Virus record (IMG/VR): IMGVR_UViG_2531839144_000012
Coordinates: 1-26,287 of that record
DNA from: a virus
Lineage: Duplodnaviria > Heunggongvirae > Uroviricota > Caudoviricetes
Length of the DNA: 26,287 nt
Reading direction: 5' to 3' (one strand)
Shown: in pieces, positions 1 to 10,251 of the stretch
How positions within the stretch are numbered: position 1 is the first letter of the stretch
How the letters are laid out: the number at the start of each line of letters is the position of its first letter
Position numbers and translations under genes: made by a program
The notes under the pieces: generated by a model
The model's database searches: none
Seen by the model: only the letters and a program-made list of their open reading frames with translations
What the model was told of the DNA's origin: nothing

Positions 1-339
1 TTATAATTTGTTACTGTGCCACTCAAGGGCAATATCTTTGAAGGTGTTGTTTAACTGCGTTTCCCGGGCAATCTTTTCCTCTCGCTTCACTTCCATCAGA
101 TCGATTCCCCCAGAGATACCTCTTTTAGCTTCTTCAAGTTTTGCAGGAGCATCAGCTAAGGTGACCTCAGGATACACACCTAGTGCTAACAGCTTCTCTT
201 TACCAGCTACACGATACTTGAGACGCCAATATTCTCCTCCACCAGGTTTTACCAGGAGGTACAGACCACCACCATCAGCCAACTTGTAAGCCTTCTCTTT
301 TGGCTTGGCAGTGTCTATTTGACGGGCATTGAGTTTCAC
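1..339 (-). CDS. int: Tyrosine integrase, N-terminal part only (P4-type arm-binding domain); gene continues beyond window start
   Basis: Translation KLNARQIDTAKPKEKAYKLADGGGLYLLVKPGGGEYWRLKYR matches the conserved N-terminal domain of P4/CP4-57-type integrases; apparent GTG start at 339..337, upstream in-frame stop at 357..355; sits next to a tRNA 3' fragment. Confidence 0.8.
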   Translation of the reverse strand: MKLNARQIDTAKPKEKAYKLADGGGLYLLVKPGGGEYWRLKYRVAGKEKLLALGVYPEVTLADAPAKLEEAKRGISGGIDLMEVKREEKIARETQLNNTFKDIALEWHSNKL

Positions 340-493
340 TTGGGGGTATCTCCACTAAACTGAACAGCAAATCCCCTCAATTGCTTGTAGAGTTTGGGGT
401 ACTTAAATAGACGTCAAAAGACTAAAAGGGGCATTAATATACTGATTATAAGAGGTTTTTAAATACTTGAGTAGACTTGGGGAGACGTTAGAA

Positions 494-539
494 TGGTGCC
501 GATAATAGGAGTCGAACCTACGACCTTCGCATTACGAAT
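494..539 (-). other. tRNA 3'-end fragment (tRNA-Thr-like: anticodon loop TTCGTAA, variable loop, T-arm GGTTCGACTCC, acceptor 3' strand, CCA) = probable phage attachment core (attP or attR); not an intact tRNA
   Basis: Minus-strand read ATTCGTAATGCGAAGGTCGTAGGTTCGACTCCTATTATCGGCACCA has canonical T-loop, 5-bp T-stem, 7-nt acceptor strand and CCA; no D-arm or 5' acceptor strand upstream; matches my recollection of E. coli thrW 3' half. Confidence 0.6.
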
Positions 540-615
540 TATAAGAATCCGCTGCTAATTCAAAGTATTATCCCATCAACACTGCGCTCACACGTCCCAC
601 CACATCAAAACATGT

Positions 616-675
616 AAAGCCTTGCAAGCCATTGCGAGGCCTTATGTGTCTCAGTTTTGTCCCACCTTGTATTAC
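616..675. repeat. Copy 1 of a ~60-bp imperfect direct repeat; contains a 9-bp-stem hairpin (GCCTTGCAA-GCCA-TTGCGAGGC, 619-640) followed by T-rich tract
   Basis: Aligned by eye to 5128-5186 with about 7 differences over ~60 nt. Confidence 0.7.
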
Positions 676-1006
676 GACTTGCATAGCCAATGAAGATAAA
701 CGTGACGACAAACGGCGCAGCAGTCTTCTTTTCCTTCATACTTTCCCCATCCAGCATGCATACCTTTATGCCATAACTGAAGTTTATGTCTGTTATGAGC
801 GAGAAGCGGAAGTTCAACGTGATAAAGCTCAGGAACATTGTCGTTGATGATGATAAAGAGGATCAGACTAACTTAGCACTTCTCATCACGTTGATAAGGC
901 ATAGAAACCGAAAACACTATTGTGAATATCATTTCACTATAGTAAATTCAGGTAAGCTCTTTTCGTTCGTTATTACATAAAATAAAGTTCTCTCTAAGGT
1001 TGAAAA

Positions 1007-1450
1007 ATGTTAGATATCAGAATGTCACGACCATCTGAAGCATCAGAGATCATACAAATCTGGAAGAGTTCAGTGGATGCTACCCACGACTTTCTTACAG
1101 GTCATGACCGACAAGAAATCGAAAAAGAAGTTATCGGCTTTTTCTCAGAAACTCCTGTATGGGTTGCAACAAATCAGGATGACCAACCGCTAGGATTTAT
1201 GTTTTTGCATGAGGGGCATCTGGAGGCACTTTTTGTAGCAGGCTCTGCTCGCGGACTTGGCGTCGGAAAACGTTTGATCTCTCATGCACTGGCGCTGCAT
1301 CCAGAGCTAAGCGTTGATGTAAATGAACAAAACCAGCAGGCTGTAGGGTTTTATCAGCATATGGGTTTTCAGGTATCAGGGCGTTCCGAGCTGGATAATC
1401 AGGGAAGGCCATACCCCTTGTTGCATCTGAGAATGGCCAATAACATGTAA
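1007..1450 (+). CDS. GNAT-family N-acetyltransferase
   Basis: 147-aa ORF; acetyl-CoA-binding-type motif region LFVAGSARGLGVGKRLISHA and C-terminal GFYQHMGF typical of GNAT fold; alternative start ATG at 1022. Confidence 0.7.
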   Translation: MLDIRMSRPSEASEIIQIWKSSVDATHDFLTGHDRQEIEKEVIGFFSETPVWVATNQDDQPLGFMFLHEGHLEALFVAGSARGLGVGKRLISHALALHPELSVDVNEQNQQAVGFYQHMGFQVSGRSELDNQGRPYPLLHLRMANNM

Positions 1451-1470
1451 CCAATGTGGCAGAGAAGATA

Positions 1471-2055
1471 TCATTGATTTTTTTGGCTAAAAGCCACGAT
1501 GTAAGAACAGCTCTGCTCACTATCTGGATTGCTCATTTGGTACTCGCTTGCAAAGGTAAGGGCAAGACAGTCACCGGCACGTAAATGATGGGTCTGATTT
1601 TTGACTCGAAAATCAAGGCTGCCACTCATCATCCAAAGCGTTTGCCCGGAAAGATGCTCATTTGCGGAGGCGGGTATCGTCAGCTCACCCATTGCAGGGA
1701 TTTCAACTTTGATCAGTTCCGGGCATGCCCCCGCAGGAGACAAAGACCAACGGGTGATGCCTGATTGCTCATCCGTCCAGTGCTGTTGCTGATGAGCAAC
1801 ACGAACCAGGGAATTCTGATGTTGCTCAAGCTCTGCAAAGAGTTTAGATAGCGTTACATTCATGGCGTTGGCCAGGCGGCTAAGGATAGTTGCACTAGGG
1901 CTGGAGATGCCTCGTTCAATCTTACTAATCATGGCCTGACTGACGCCCGATCGTTGAGCAAGCTCTGTTACAGTCAAATTGCGAGCCTTCCTGTGTTTAA
2001 GCAATAAACGTGCAATATCGCTATCTACTATCTGATTTTTAAATTTTTTATCCAT
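1471..2055 (-). CDS. XRE-family HTH transcriptional regulator with C-terminal cupin-like domain
   Basis: HTH motif LTVTELAQRSGVSQAMISKIERG near N-terminus when started at MDKKFKNQ (ATG 2055..2053, preceded by GAGAGGG Shine-Dalgarno); the ORF track extension to 2238 lacks an RBS and looks non-coding. Confidence 0.7.
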   Translation of the reverse strand: MDKKFKNQIVDSDIARLLLKHRKARNLTVTELAQRSGVSQAMISKIERGISSPSATILSRLANAMNVTLSKLFAELEQHQNSLVRVAHQQQHWTDEQSGITRWSLSPAGACPELIKVEIPAMGELTIPASANEHLSGQTLWMMSGSLDFRVKNQTHHLRAGDCLALTFASEYQMSNPDSEQSCSYIVAFSQKNQ

Positions 2056-2359
2056 TTCCGCCCTCTCTTTCACCAACCTGATTATGCCATTACATAAATT
2101 GGCCTGAAATAAATGATTTTGTAAGTCTGTAAATTCACTACTCCTAAGCGCGGCACTTCGTTTATACGCACCTATGACCTTAAAATATGAGTTGGTAAGC
2201 TTAACGTCCGCTTTTGGCACATAGCAGACCAGAGACACTGGCGTAAAGCCATGGAGGATCGGTGGGAGGAGGTAAAAATCCTCTCATGCAAAAAATACGC
2301 AAAATCGATAACAGTTGGAAATCATTCAATACTCGCACTATCGGAAGTTCACCAGCCAG

Positions 2360-2393
2360 TCGTAGCACGTTCTTGCATACGACGTGGCTACGG
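2360..2393 (+). promoter_or_regulatory. Hairpin H1: 5-bp + bulge + 5-bp stem with 11-nt loop TCTTGCATACG
   Basis: CGTAGCACGT / ACGTGGCTACG pairing seen directly; homologous to hairpin at 3381-3412 with compensatory stem substitutions. Confidence 0.45.
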
Positions 2394-2487
2394 GTTTCGA
2401 GACCGACCCGATCATCAAACGAAACATAAAATTAGCTCACATTATGAGGAAAGGTATCTTTTGCGCTATGTAAATTCAAAGGGTTAG

Positions 2488-3357
<870 letters not shown>

Positions 3358-3380
3358 GTATTCAATTGATAAGATTAAAC

Positions 3381-3412
3381 CGCAGCACGTTATTGCATAC
3401 AACGTGTCTGCG
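3381..3412 (+). terminator. Hairpin H2 (CGCAGCACGT-TATTGCATACA-ACGTGTCTGCG) followed by TTTT; candidate terminator for the GIY-YIG-like gene
   Basis: Stem-loop and downstream T-run seen directly; same architecture and loop motif as H1. Confidence 0.45.
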
Positions 3413-3904
3413 TTTTCAACTCCGCCGCCCCCTATCATGATTGGACAGCACTTGCAAAAAAAAGAAATTAGTATTCTCCGCAGGACACCGGTCAGATAGT
3501 GCGGCAGATCAATGTCTGGTGAATATTGATGACCGCTGCCCGCTGATTCTATTGCCGAAACTGTGCGGGAAAAGATGTGGCAAGATATTGTTGGTAAAAA
3601 ATTCTCAGCGACTTTATGCCAGCAAATCAGTTTGCCTGGCATCCAGTATCGTGTGCGGTGGATAATGTCAAAAAACATGGGGAGTCGATTAAACAGGTAT
3701 AATCGTTAAAAACCTTCAAACTCCAGGCAAAACCCTATTTCATAGAACATGTACTTTCATCTGGTATACATGAACGAATTATGACTGCGTTAGTAAAATT
3801 ATCCTGGTTAAATTACAGGCAGAGATATATGTTCCAGTCCAGTGCGTTTTCGTTTACAATATTTATCTTTCATTATCACTTGACTTTATTAAAAGAGGTT
3901 CGTT

Positions 3905-4972
3905 GTGACGAATGTTTTTGGGAAGAGAATATATACACTGGATGTTCTGAGAGGATTTGCCGCACTTTCCGTTGTGTTATGGCATTGGCAACATTTTTTT
4001 ATGAAAAAGAATGCTGCATCTGACATAATCATAAACCGCCAACCTTTTTATGAATTTTTTTCCGTCTTTTATCATTACGGTTTATATGCTGTCGAATTGT
4101 TTTTTATGATTTCTGGATTCATATTTTTTTATCTATACGCTGACAATATACACAGCAATAAAACCTCAGCAAAAACTTTTATAGTTAACCGTGTCAGTAG
4201 ATTATATCCACTTTATATATTTACATTTGCTGTCGTGGCAATATTACAAATTATTTTCTTTAAAAGTCATAATTATTTTTTTGTTTATCCTATGAATGAC
4301 ATTTACCATGCCATTCTGAATTTATTGATGATTCAATCATGGGGATTTGAGCGAGGTTGGTCCTTCAACGCCCCGACATGGTCCGTGTCGATTGAAGTAC
4401 TTATGTATATGATATTTTTTATATTATGCAAGTTCACATCAAAAACAACATTCATATCAATTTTAATAGTTGCATTGTCGTACTACTTTTTCAAAATTAA
4501 CAATCCCATAATGATCGGCGCATTCTCTTTCTTTATTGGTGGTCTGACCTATAAAATTACGATTGCGGCCATAAAAAATATTAGCGCAAAGTTATTTTTT
4601 ATTTTTGCTTGTGTTTTTCTATTGATCTCATGGGGAGTTATCTTTACCCTGCAAGTAGCAGATATATTCTCAATTATCTTATTCGGATTTACCTCCATAA
4701 TCTTTTTCCTTGTATCAATTAGCGCAATACGAAACGATTTTGGAAAAAAAATTGAATGGTTGGGTGATATCAGTTATTCATCTTATCTTTTACATTTTCC
4801 TTTGCAAATCATTGTTGTTTATTTAGCTGACAAGATTGGCTATGGACGCGATCTTTTTTACAGCCCCAAGGTATTCATTTTATTCATGCTTACATTAATG
4901 GCAATTAGCTATATGTCATATATATTCATTGAAAAACCATCGCAACAATTCATCCGAAATAAATTTCATTAA
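3905..4972 (+). CDS. Acyltransferase-3 family integral membrane O-acyltransferase (OafA/Oac-like; candidate O-antigen/surface polysaccharide acetylase, lysogenic conversion gene)
   Basis: 355-aa highly hydrophobic multi-TM protein; N-terminal LDVLRGFAALSVVLWH and VELFFMISGF motifs typical of acyltransferase_3; GTG start with AAGAGG RBS; strongly AT-rich relative to the phage structural genes; position between tail fibre and att as in Sf6 oac. Confidence 0.8.
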   Translation: MTNVFGKRIYTLDVLRGFAALSVVLWHWQHFFMKKNAASDIIINRQPFYEFFSVFYHYGLYAVELFFMISGFIFFYLYADNIHSNKTSAKTFIVNRVSRLYPLYIFTFAVVAILQIIFFKSHNYFFVYPMNDIYHAILNLLMIQSWGFERGWSFNAPTWSVSIEVLMYMIFFILCKFTSKTTFISILIVALSYYFFKINNPIMIGAFSFFIGGLTYKITIAAIKNISAKLFFIFACVFLLISWGVIFTLQVADIFSIILFGFTSIIFFLVSISAIRNDFGKKIEWLGDISYSSYLLHFPLQIIVVYLADKIGYGRDLFYSPKVFILFMLTLMAISYMSYIFIEKPSQQFIRNKFH

Positions 4973-5127
4973 GTAAAGTCACTTTGCAATGATTAGAGTC
5001 AACACCTATTACTTTGACTCTAATCACACTGCATTTTATCCGTATGCTCTATATTCATAAAAATCGACATCAATATATAGAATGGAAATAAACGAAACCG
5101 CGTCACATCCTCAATATAGAAGCGTTC

Positions 5128-5186
5128 AAAGCCTTGCAAACCATTGCGAGGCTTTATGTGTCACAGTTTTGTCCTACTTTTATTAC
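5128..5186. repeat. Copy 2 of the ~60-bp imperfect direct repeat; hairpin GCCTTGCAA-ACCA-TTGCGAGGC (5131-5152) then TTTATGTGTCACAGTTTTG
   Basis: Aligned by eye to 616-675; lies between convergent acyltransferase (+) and tail fibre assembly (-) genes, so likely also a terminator. Confidence 0.7.
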
Positions 5187-5232
5187 ACAAAAAGAATTGA
5201 GTTACAATTAAACCGCTTCTCCTCAACAGATT

Positions 5233-5649
5233 TTATTCAGCGAAGCACGGTTCATCCGGCCACTCAATATCCGGTGCAATGCTGGTATCTGTTGCCGTCA
5301 CAGCCTCGATATAATCCAGCACAACGTTAAGTCGGGTAGTTTCTTCTTGCGTCAGTTTGCGCCCGGCCTGCAGCTTTAACTGAATCACGCTGATATTAGC
5401 CATTGCTGCGTCTGTCAGCGACTGTTTTTTCTGTTCAGCGTCAGCTACCAGTTCATCATGAGAACGTTCCGGAGTGGGTGGTGCAGTAAATCCCCCGTCT
5501 GAATACACCCAGCCGATTCCGGGCTGCTCACTGATATCAGAAATATTAATGAGCTGCTGATTATCCGGCACTGTGAATTCAGCCTCGCCATCCCAGACAA
5601 TGACATTCACAACCATCCCATTTTCAATAACTGCATATGACGCATTCAT
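5233..5649 (-). CDS. Tail fibre assembly protein (Tfa)
   Basis: Start [11 protein letters not shown] (ATG 5649..5647) overlapping stop of upstream tail fibre gene; sequence and position typical of phage tail fibre assembly chaperones. Confidence 0.7.
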   Translation of the reverse strand: MNASYAVIENGMVVNVIVWDGEAEFTVPDNQQLINISDISEQPGIGWVYSDGGFTAPPTPERSHDELVADAEQKKQSLTDAAMANISVIQLKLQAGRKLTQEETTRLNVVLDYIEAVTATDTSIAPDIEWPDEPCFAE

Positions 5650-6575
5650 TATGCAAACTCCTCGATAATACAAATTCCAGCAGCACCTTTCCCGCCCGTC
5701 ATATTAGTTCCGCTATAACCGGCATCGTATGCACCACCGCCACCTGAACCATATGCCTTACCGCTAACACCACCGCCAGCGCCTGCGCGTCCACCGCCTC
5801 CCCAGTACGATGCACCACCTTTACCGCTGACGCCGATATTCCCGGACTGACCGTCGCCTCCATCTCCACCAGTGATGCGGATATCGCCAATATTCGGTAC
5901 GCCTCCGTAACCACCGTTTGTGTTTGTGATTCCTGGTTTTCCGGCACCTTCACCTCCTGGAGCAATTAACGATGAGAACGAGCTATCACCTCCCTTGTAA
6001 CCCACTGACGCACCGACACCGCCTCCACCGCCTGCACCGATAACGACAGGATAACTATTCTCTGTCAGGGTCATTGTTGAAATAATTGTTCCACCTGCTC
6101 CACCGCCTGCACCAAAAAACGTTTCGTTACTGGATGCTGCTTTGCATCCGCCTCCTCCGCCACCGCCGCCCGTTATTGTGACCCTGATCCGTTTTGTTCC
6201 TGGTGTCGGGGTGTACGTACCTGATGACGTGAAAACCCGGGTATTCACCAAGCGTCCCACGTATCCGCTTGTATCTCCCAAACCAAGGTTTTGAAGAGCC
6301 GTTTTCACCGTGCCGTCCGATTTGATATCGCCAAACGGATTTTTGCGACTTAACAGCAGCGCGCGAAGCGCGGTAAGCAGCTGGTCATGCCGCCCCTTCT
6401 CCAGGCTGGCACCGGATGCCTCCACCACGCTGCAGAGCTCTTCCTGCAACATGTCAAAGTAGTCATCATCCAGATCGGTGGCAGGCGAGCCTGTCTGGGG
6501 GTTACCACGGGTAAAACCGTTCTTACCCGCGCCGAACTTATCCTTTTGCGCGGTTTTCGTGTCTATACGATGCAT
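5649..6575 (-). CDS. Tail fibre protein with glycine-rich (collagen-like) repeat region
   Basis: Conserved phage tail-fibre N-terminus [26 protein letters not shown] followed by long Gly-rich tract; located between baseplate genes and Tfa. Confidence 0.7.
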   Translation of the reverse strand: MHRIDTKTAQKDKFGAGKNGFTRGNPQTGSPATDLDDDYFDMLQEELCSVVEASGASLEKGRHDQLLTALRALLLSRKNPFGDIKSDGTVKTALQNLGLGDTSGYVGRLVNTRVFTSSGTYTPTPGTKRIRVTITGGGGGGGGCKAASSNETFFGAGGGAGGTIISTMTLTENSYPVVIGAGGGGGVGASVGYKGGDSSFSSLIAPGGEGAGKPGITNTNGGYGGVPNIGDIRITGGDGGDGQSGNIGVSGKGGASYWGGGGRAGAGGGVSGKAYGSGGGGAYDAGYSGTNMTGGKGAAGICIIEEFA

Positions 6576-6578
6576 GGA

Positions 6579-7163
6579 TTACTCCGGATATTTAAAAATT
6601 ACGTAGGTATGCGACGGGCAGAGTTTGTTAAGCACGCACTCGATAACGGTGTCCCCCCAGATACGCAGTGCGGAATCGCAGGGATCGCCACATGTCATCC
6701 ATGTGGTGTTGGTGGCAGCTGGCATATTGACCTGCCAGTAATACCGCCATTCCGGCGCATTCACCGCGTCAGTACAGGCCGATGAGCAGGTGAACGTGCT
6801 TTTGTCGTATCGCGTGATGGTGGCATCTGGTCTGCCCAGGGCAGCAAGCTGCGCAAGGTAAAAATCCTCATTGATGCCACCCGCCAGGTTAACCTTCGCA
6901 TCCAGCCGTTGCTGACGCTGGCGAAGGGTCTGCGTCCCTGCCGGAATACATTCATCCGGCAGGCCGCACAGACGCTCCCAGCGGTTTATCAGTTCGGTGG
7001 TGGTGCGCGGATCCAGCTCCCGCATCAGGGCATCCGCACGCTGATGAGCACGGGTTAATGACGGTGCCGCACCGGCAATCGCCGGATCGCTGGCTGACCA
7101 CGCCGGACCAGGGGGCAACAGTGCCGACAACAGACGGATGTAATCATCGTTTGTCACGTCCAT
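6579..7163 (-). CDS. Mu gp48-like baseplate/tail protein (DUF2313, YmfQ-like)
   Basis: 194-aa ORF immediately downstream of baseplate J gene in Mu-type order; sequence recalls YmfQ/DUF2313 family. Confidence 0.65.
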   Translation of the reverse strand: MDVTNDDYIRLLSALLPPGPAWSASDPAIAGAAPSLTRAHQRADALMRELDPRTTTELINRWERLCGLPDECIPAGTQTLRQRQQRLDAKVNLAGGINEDFYLAQLAALGRPDATITRYDKSTFTCSSACTDAVNAPEWRYYWQVNMPAATNTTWMTCGDPCDSALRIWGDTVIECVLNKLCPSHTYVIFKYPE

Positions 7164-8212
7164 GAAATCGTCCCCAGAACCGCCAGTTCATTTTTTGCAA
7201 TGGAGATATTGTCCGCCGGAGCAAGCAACTGATGGCTGTATTCCCCGTTCGCACCGGAAATCGCTTCACTGATACGCGATACCTTAAGCTCTCCCTGCGG
7301 ATAACCATCACGCAGCAGGAATGAACGCAACTCCGCGGTGATGGCAGCCCGTATTTCCGGTGTGTCCGGCGTCACGCGGATATGAAAATCCACTTTGTGC
7401 GCCACCGGCCTGAATACATACAAATCAGAGCCTGCCACCGGGGCCAGTGGCTCGATATGTTGTCTTGCCGCCGTTTCCGTTGATTCTTCCGGAATGGGGT
7501 TAATCAGGTCACTGCTGGCAATCATCACACCGACAGTCCCCGTTCCCATCCAGTGTCGGTATGTCCATGCGCGGGTAATGCCGGGCACTTCTTTAGCCCA
7601 GACGACATAGTCCCCGTCAGCCCCGCCCTGAGGCGTCCAGTAATACCGCTCAATGACGCGGGCGCGCCACGTTTCCAGCTCTTCAGTATCAAATCCACCT
7701 GTCAGGGTATCTGCCTCGCCGGAAGACGGCAGACCATTAACCGGCGTGACCAGGATTAATGACGTACCGTCGTCAGCGTTACCGACCGCGCCTGCACTTG
7801 AGCAGGCGATCGGCACGCGCAGGACACCACCGGTGCTGGTTGCATCGGCAGTTGCCGTGTACTGAACCAGGTCATCGCGCTGAATAACACTTCCGGCGGT
7901 CACCTTCAGGCCATCGCTGACACCTTCCCAGCGCATATACCCGCTGGCAGCCGTGGCCCCCTTGCGCGGACACCGTTTCATCGCAGCATGTCGCGCCAGC
8001 CAAGACTCATCGCACAGGTCAGGCAGCATGTTCATTGCCAGATAATCGATGTACCCGTAAACCGTATGCAGCGCCGCCGCATACACCTTTGCCCGCACGT
8101 CTTCATCCATGCGCCGGAGCGTGTCGCTGACGTCCAGCCTGGCGAATAAATCGTTACGGAGCATACTGATATTTTCTGCCAGCGTCGGGCGCTGAAATTC
8201 ACTGTCCGCCAT
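7154..8212 (-). CDS. Baseplate J-like protein (Mu gp47 homologue)
   Basis: 352-aa ORF in conserved Mu tail gene order; overlapping start/stop with neighbours. Confidence 0.75.
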   Translation of the reverse strand: MADSEFQRPTLAENISMLRNDLFARLDVSDTLRRMDEDVRAKVYAAALHTVYGYIDYLAMNMLPDLCDESWLARHAAMKRCPRKGATAASGYMRWEGVSDGLKVTAGSVIQRDDLVQYTATADATSTGGVLRVPIACSSAGAVGNADDGTSLILVTPVNGLPSSGEADTLTGGFDTEELETWRARVIERYYWTPQGGADGDYVVWAKEVPGITRAWTYRHWMGTGTVGVMIASSDLINPIPEESTETAARQHIEPLAPVAGSDLYVFRPVAHKVDFHIRVTPDTPEIRAAITAELRSFLLRDGYPQGELKVSRISEAISGANGEYSHQLLAPADNISIAKNELAVLGTISWT

Positions 8213-8627
8213 GCGTTATCGCACTCCACAGATCATCAAAAGAAATCATTACCGGTCCGTCACGACGCCAGAGAGTGATACTGTTACCCAGTTCATTAAT
8301 CCCGGTGCGGCGGATATCCAGATCAATACGGGACACCACGCCGTCATCAATCATCCATTGCAGGCATTCGCGGATATACCCCCTTACCGTCTGCACCAGT
8401 TGATTGGTCAGTTTGCTGCGCTGAAGCAGCCACAGTCGGGAGCCGTAACGGTCATTCTGTACCGCAGGCCAGGTATCCCCCCACCATCCCATCGGGAGAT
8501 CAGCGTTGTCATCAGGCTCCGCCCGCCGCCAGGTAAACAGGGAAATCACCACGGCGCGGGTCAGCGGATCCAGCTGTGCGCTGGCGCAGGTGCGTTTACC
8601 GTTCACCGTCAGCCACAGTTCCATCAT
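8199..8627 (-). CDS. Mu gp46-like baseplate protein
   Basis: 142-aa ORF between baseplate V and baseplate J homologues, as in Mu. Confidence 0.6.
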   Translation of the reverse strand: MMELWLTVNGKRTCASAQLDPLTRAVVISLFTWRRAEPDDNADLPMGWWGDTWPAVQNDRYGSRLWLLQRSKLTNQLVQTVRGYIRECLQWMIDDGVVSRIDLDIRRTGINELGNSITLWRRDGPVMISFDDLWSAITHGGQ

Positions 8628-9172
8628 GCCTCCATCGCTTTATCAGGTTTGTCGGTGTTACTGCCCTGACCGTTCTCTCTGTGACAATGCCCGTTATAGG
8701 CAAGCCGCATCGCTGACATGGTGGTACCGCCGGAGTCGCACAGGTCTTTCACCTGTCCGGTCACTTCCAGGTCCATTTCAAAACGTGCTCTGGGCGCATT
8801 GCGAAACGTGATCGTTTTACCTGCACCGTCCACCACGATCCCCTCCCGGGTCAGCGTCACAGACTGCCCCTGATCGTCATAGACAGCCACCTCACCCGTC
8901 TGCAGCCCTTTCAGGCGGTAGCGCCGGTCCGACACCGTAACAACCACCGCATGAGAACGGTCGCCATCCGGAAACAACACCACCGCTTCCGCACCGCTGT
9001 TTGCCCTTGCGGTAAAACCGTAGGGTTCAAGATGTTCAACCCCGGCTTTGGGTTCACCGGCAATCAGGGACACATCCACAGTCTGACATTTCGTGGCGGC
9101 ACTGATGCTTTTCACCACTGCCCGCCCAATCAGGCCGAGAAGTTGTCGCTGCATGGCTTCAATCGTCCTCAT
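8624..9172 (-). CDS. Baseplate assembly protein V / spike (Mu gp45-like)
   Basis: 182-aa ORF in Mu-type order; translationally coupled to neighbours. Confidence 0.65.
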   Translation of the reverse strand: MRTIEAMQRQLLGLIGRAVVKSISAATKCQTVDVSLIAGEPKAGVEHLEPYGFTARANSGAEAVVLFPDGDRSHAVVVTVSDRRYRLKGLQTGEVAVYDDQGQSVTLTREGIVVDGAGKTITFRNAPRARFEMDLEVTGQVKDLCDSGGTTMSAMRLAYNGHCHRENGQGSNTDKPDKAMEA

Positions 9173-10251
9173 CAGAACGGGTCCTCCTGTACTCTGGCTT
9201 TTTTCTTTTTCCGCGCGCCGGGGGCTTCGGGTTCAGGCAGATAAGCATCAGGTGGGCCGACACGGATTTCCGTCAGGGTGCCGTTCTGGTCCTGAGTAAA
9301 CGTGACTTCCGAGACAAGCAGTTCGGTATTGTCGAAACCACAGACCGGATCGAAGACAATCACCCGCTGGTTGGGCTGCCACAGCGTACCGTTACCCTGT
9401 CGCCAGCCCTGCACCACATAGGTGGTTTCATCCGTCCGCGCCGCCCGTTGTCGGGCTTCAAAGTCAGCACGCGCAATACAACCTGCCCCCGTGGCCTGCC
9501 CTGTCTGCCTGATATACATCGGACGGTAACGGGCAATAAATGCGTCCTCTGTGCGGGCCCGCAGCGCGGTGGTGGTGGCTTCACCGAAATCATCGTCGTT
9601 TCCGGCACGCTGCCCCGCCACCTGGTAAACAGAAAACCGCTCCCGGATACTCTTCTCCGTATCGCAGGAAAGGATGTTTTCCCCGAGTACCAGCGCAGTA
9701 TGTGCCCGCGTTGAGCCAATACCGCCAATCACCAGCCTGCCGTGCGGGTCGTCGTAAGCCAGTGCCTGCTGCTGACCGAGTATTTTGTTGATTACCTCAA
9801 TCACCGTTTCACCGTGATCAGGCTGAACATCAGGAATAACACCCGACGGCGCACCGCTGTTCACCACCTCAATGCCGAAAGGCGCAGCAAGCGCCTGCGC
9901 AATCTGCACCAGCGAGCGTCCGTTAAACTGTGTCGGTTCGGCTGCACAGTCAATCAGGTCAGCCGTCAGACTGCGTCCGGCAATACCGGTGCTGACCGAA
10001 CGGGAATCGTAACGAACGGGCGTCGCCTCCACCCAGCCGGTGATCACCAGCTCATCACCAATCAGCACTTCCACTTTTGAACCGTTTTTAATGCGCGGCT
10101 GAAGCGTGGTGATACCCTCATCTCCCGGCCACTGGCGGGTGATCTCCACACTGAAATCCCGCGCCAGCCGTTCAATACCGGCACCGATGCGCACCGATGT
10201 CCAGCCATTCCACTCCCGGCCATTTACCCGTAGCGTGACATTGTCGTTCAT
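9172..10251 (-). CDS. Mu gp44-like tail/baseplate hub protein (late control D-like)
   Basis: 359-aa ORF between DNA circulation protein and baseplate V homologues. Confidence 0.6.
   Translation of the reverse strand: MNDNVTLRVNGREWNGWTSVRIGAGIERLARDFSVEITRQWPGDEGITTLQPRIKNGSKVEVLIGDELVITGWVEATPVRYDSRSVSTGIAGRSLTADLIDCAAEPTQFNGRSLVQIAQALAAPFGIEVVNSGAPSGVIPDVQPDHGETVIEVINKILGQQQALAYDDPHGRLVIGGIGSTRAHTALVLGENILSCDTEKSIRERFSVYQVAGQRAGNDDDFGEATTTALRARTEDAFIARYRPMYIRQTGQATGAGCIARADFEARQRAARTDETTYVVQGWRQGNGTLWQPNQRVIVFDPVCGFDNTELLVSEVTFTQDQNGTLTEIRVGPPDAYLPEPEAPGARKKKKARVQEDPF

Noticed and set aside
8-289. 93-aa plus-strand ORF at window start
   Set aside because: Antisense to the integrase N-terminal coding region, which has strong family-specific sequence.
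540-615. Possible intact tRNA gene extending upstream of the tRNA-like 3' fragment
   Set aside because: Sequence upstream of the anticodon-loop match lacks D-arm and 5' acceptor strand complementary to TATCGGC; only the 3' part is tRNA-like.
2056-2238. N-terminal 61-codon extension of the regulator ORF (track start MSLVCYV... at 2238)
   Set aside because: No RBS at 2238, whereas the internal ATG at 2055 has GAGAGGG upstream and places the HTH at the usual N-terminal position; extension looks like read-through of the promoter region.
2251-2487. 78-aa plus-strand ORF between regulator and GIY-YIG-like gene
   Set aside because: Spans hairpin H1 and intergenic sequence; no RBS and no recognisable protein features; more likely the regulatory region.
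5900-6200. GC-rich short repeats (GGTGGCGG-type) that could be mistaken for a repeat array
   Set aside because: They encode the poly-Gly/collagen-like tract of the tail fibre protein; no spacer-repeat periodicity, not a CRISPR array.
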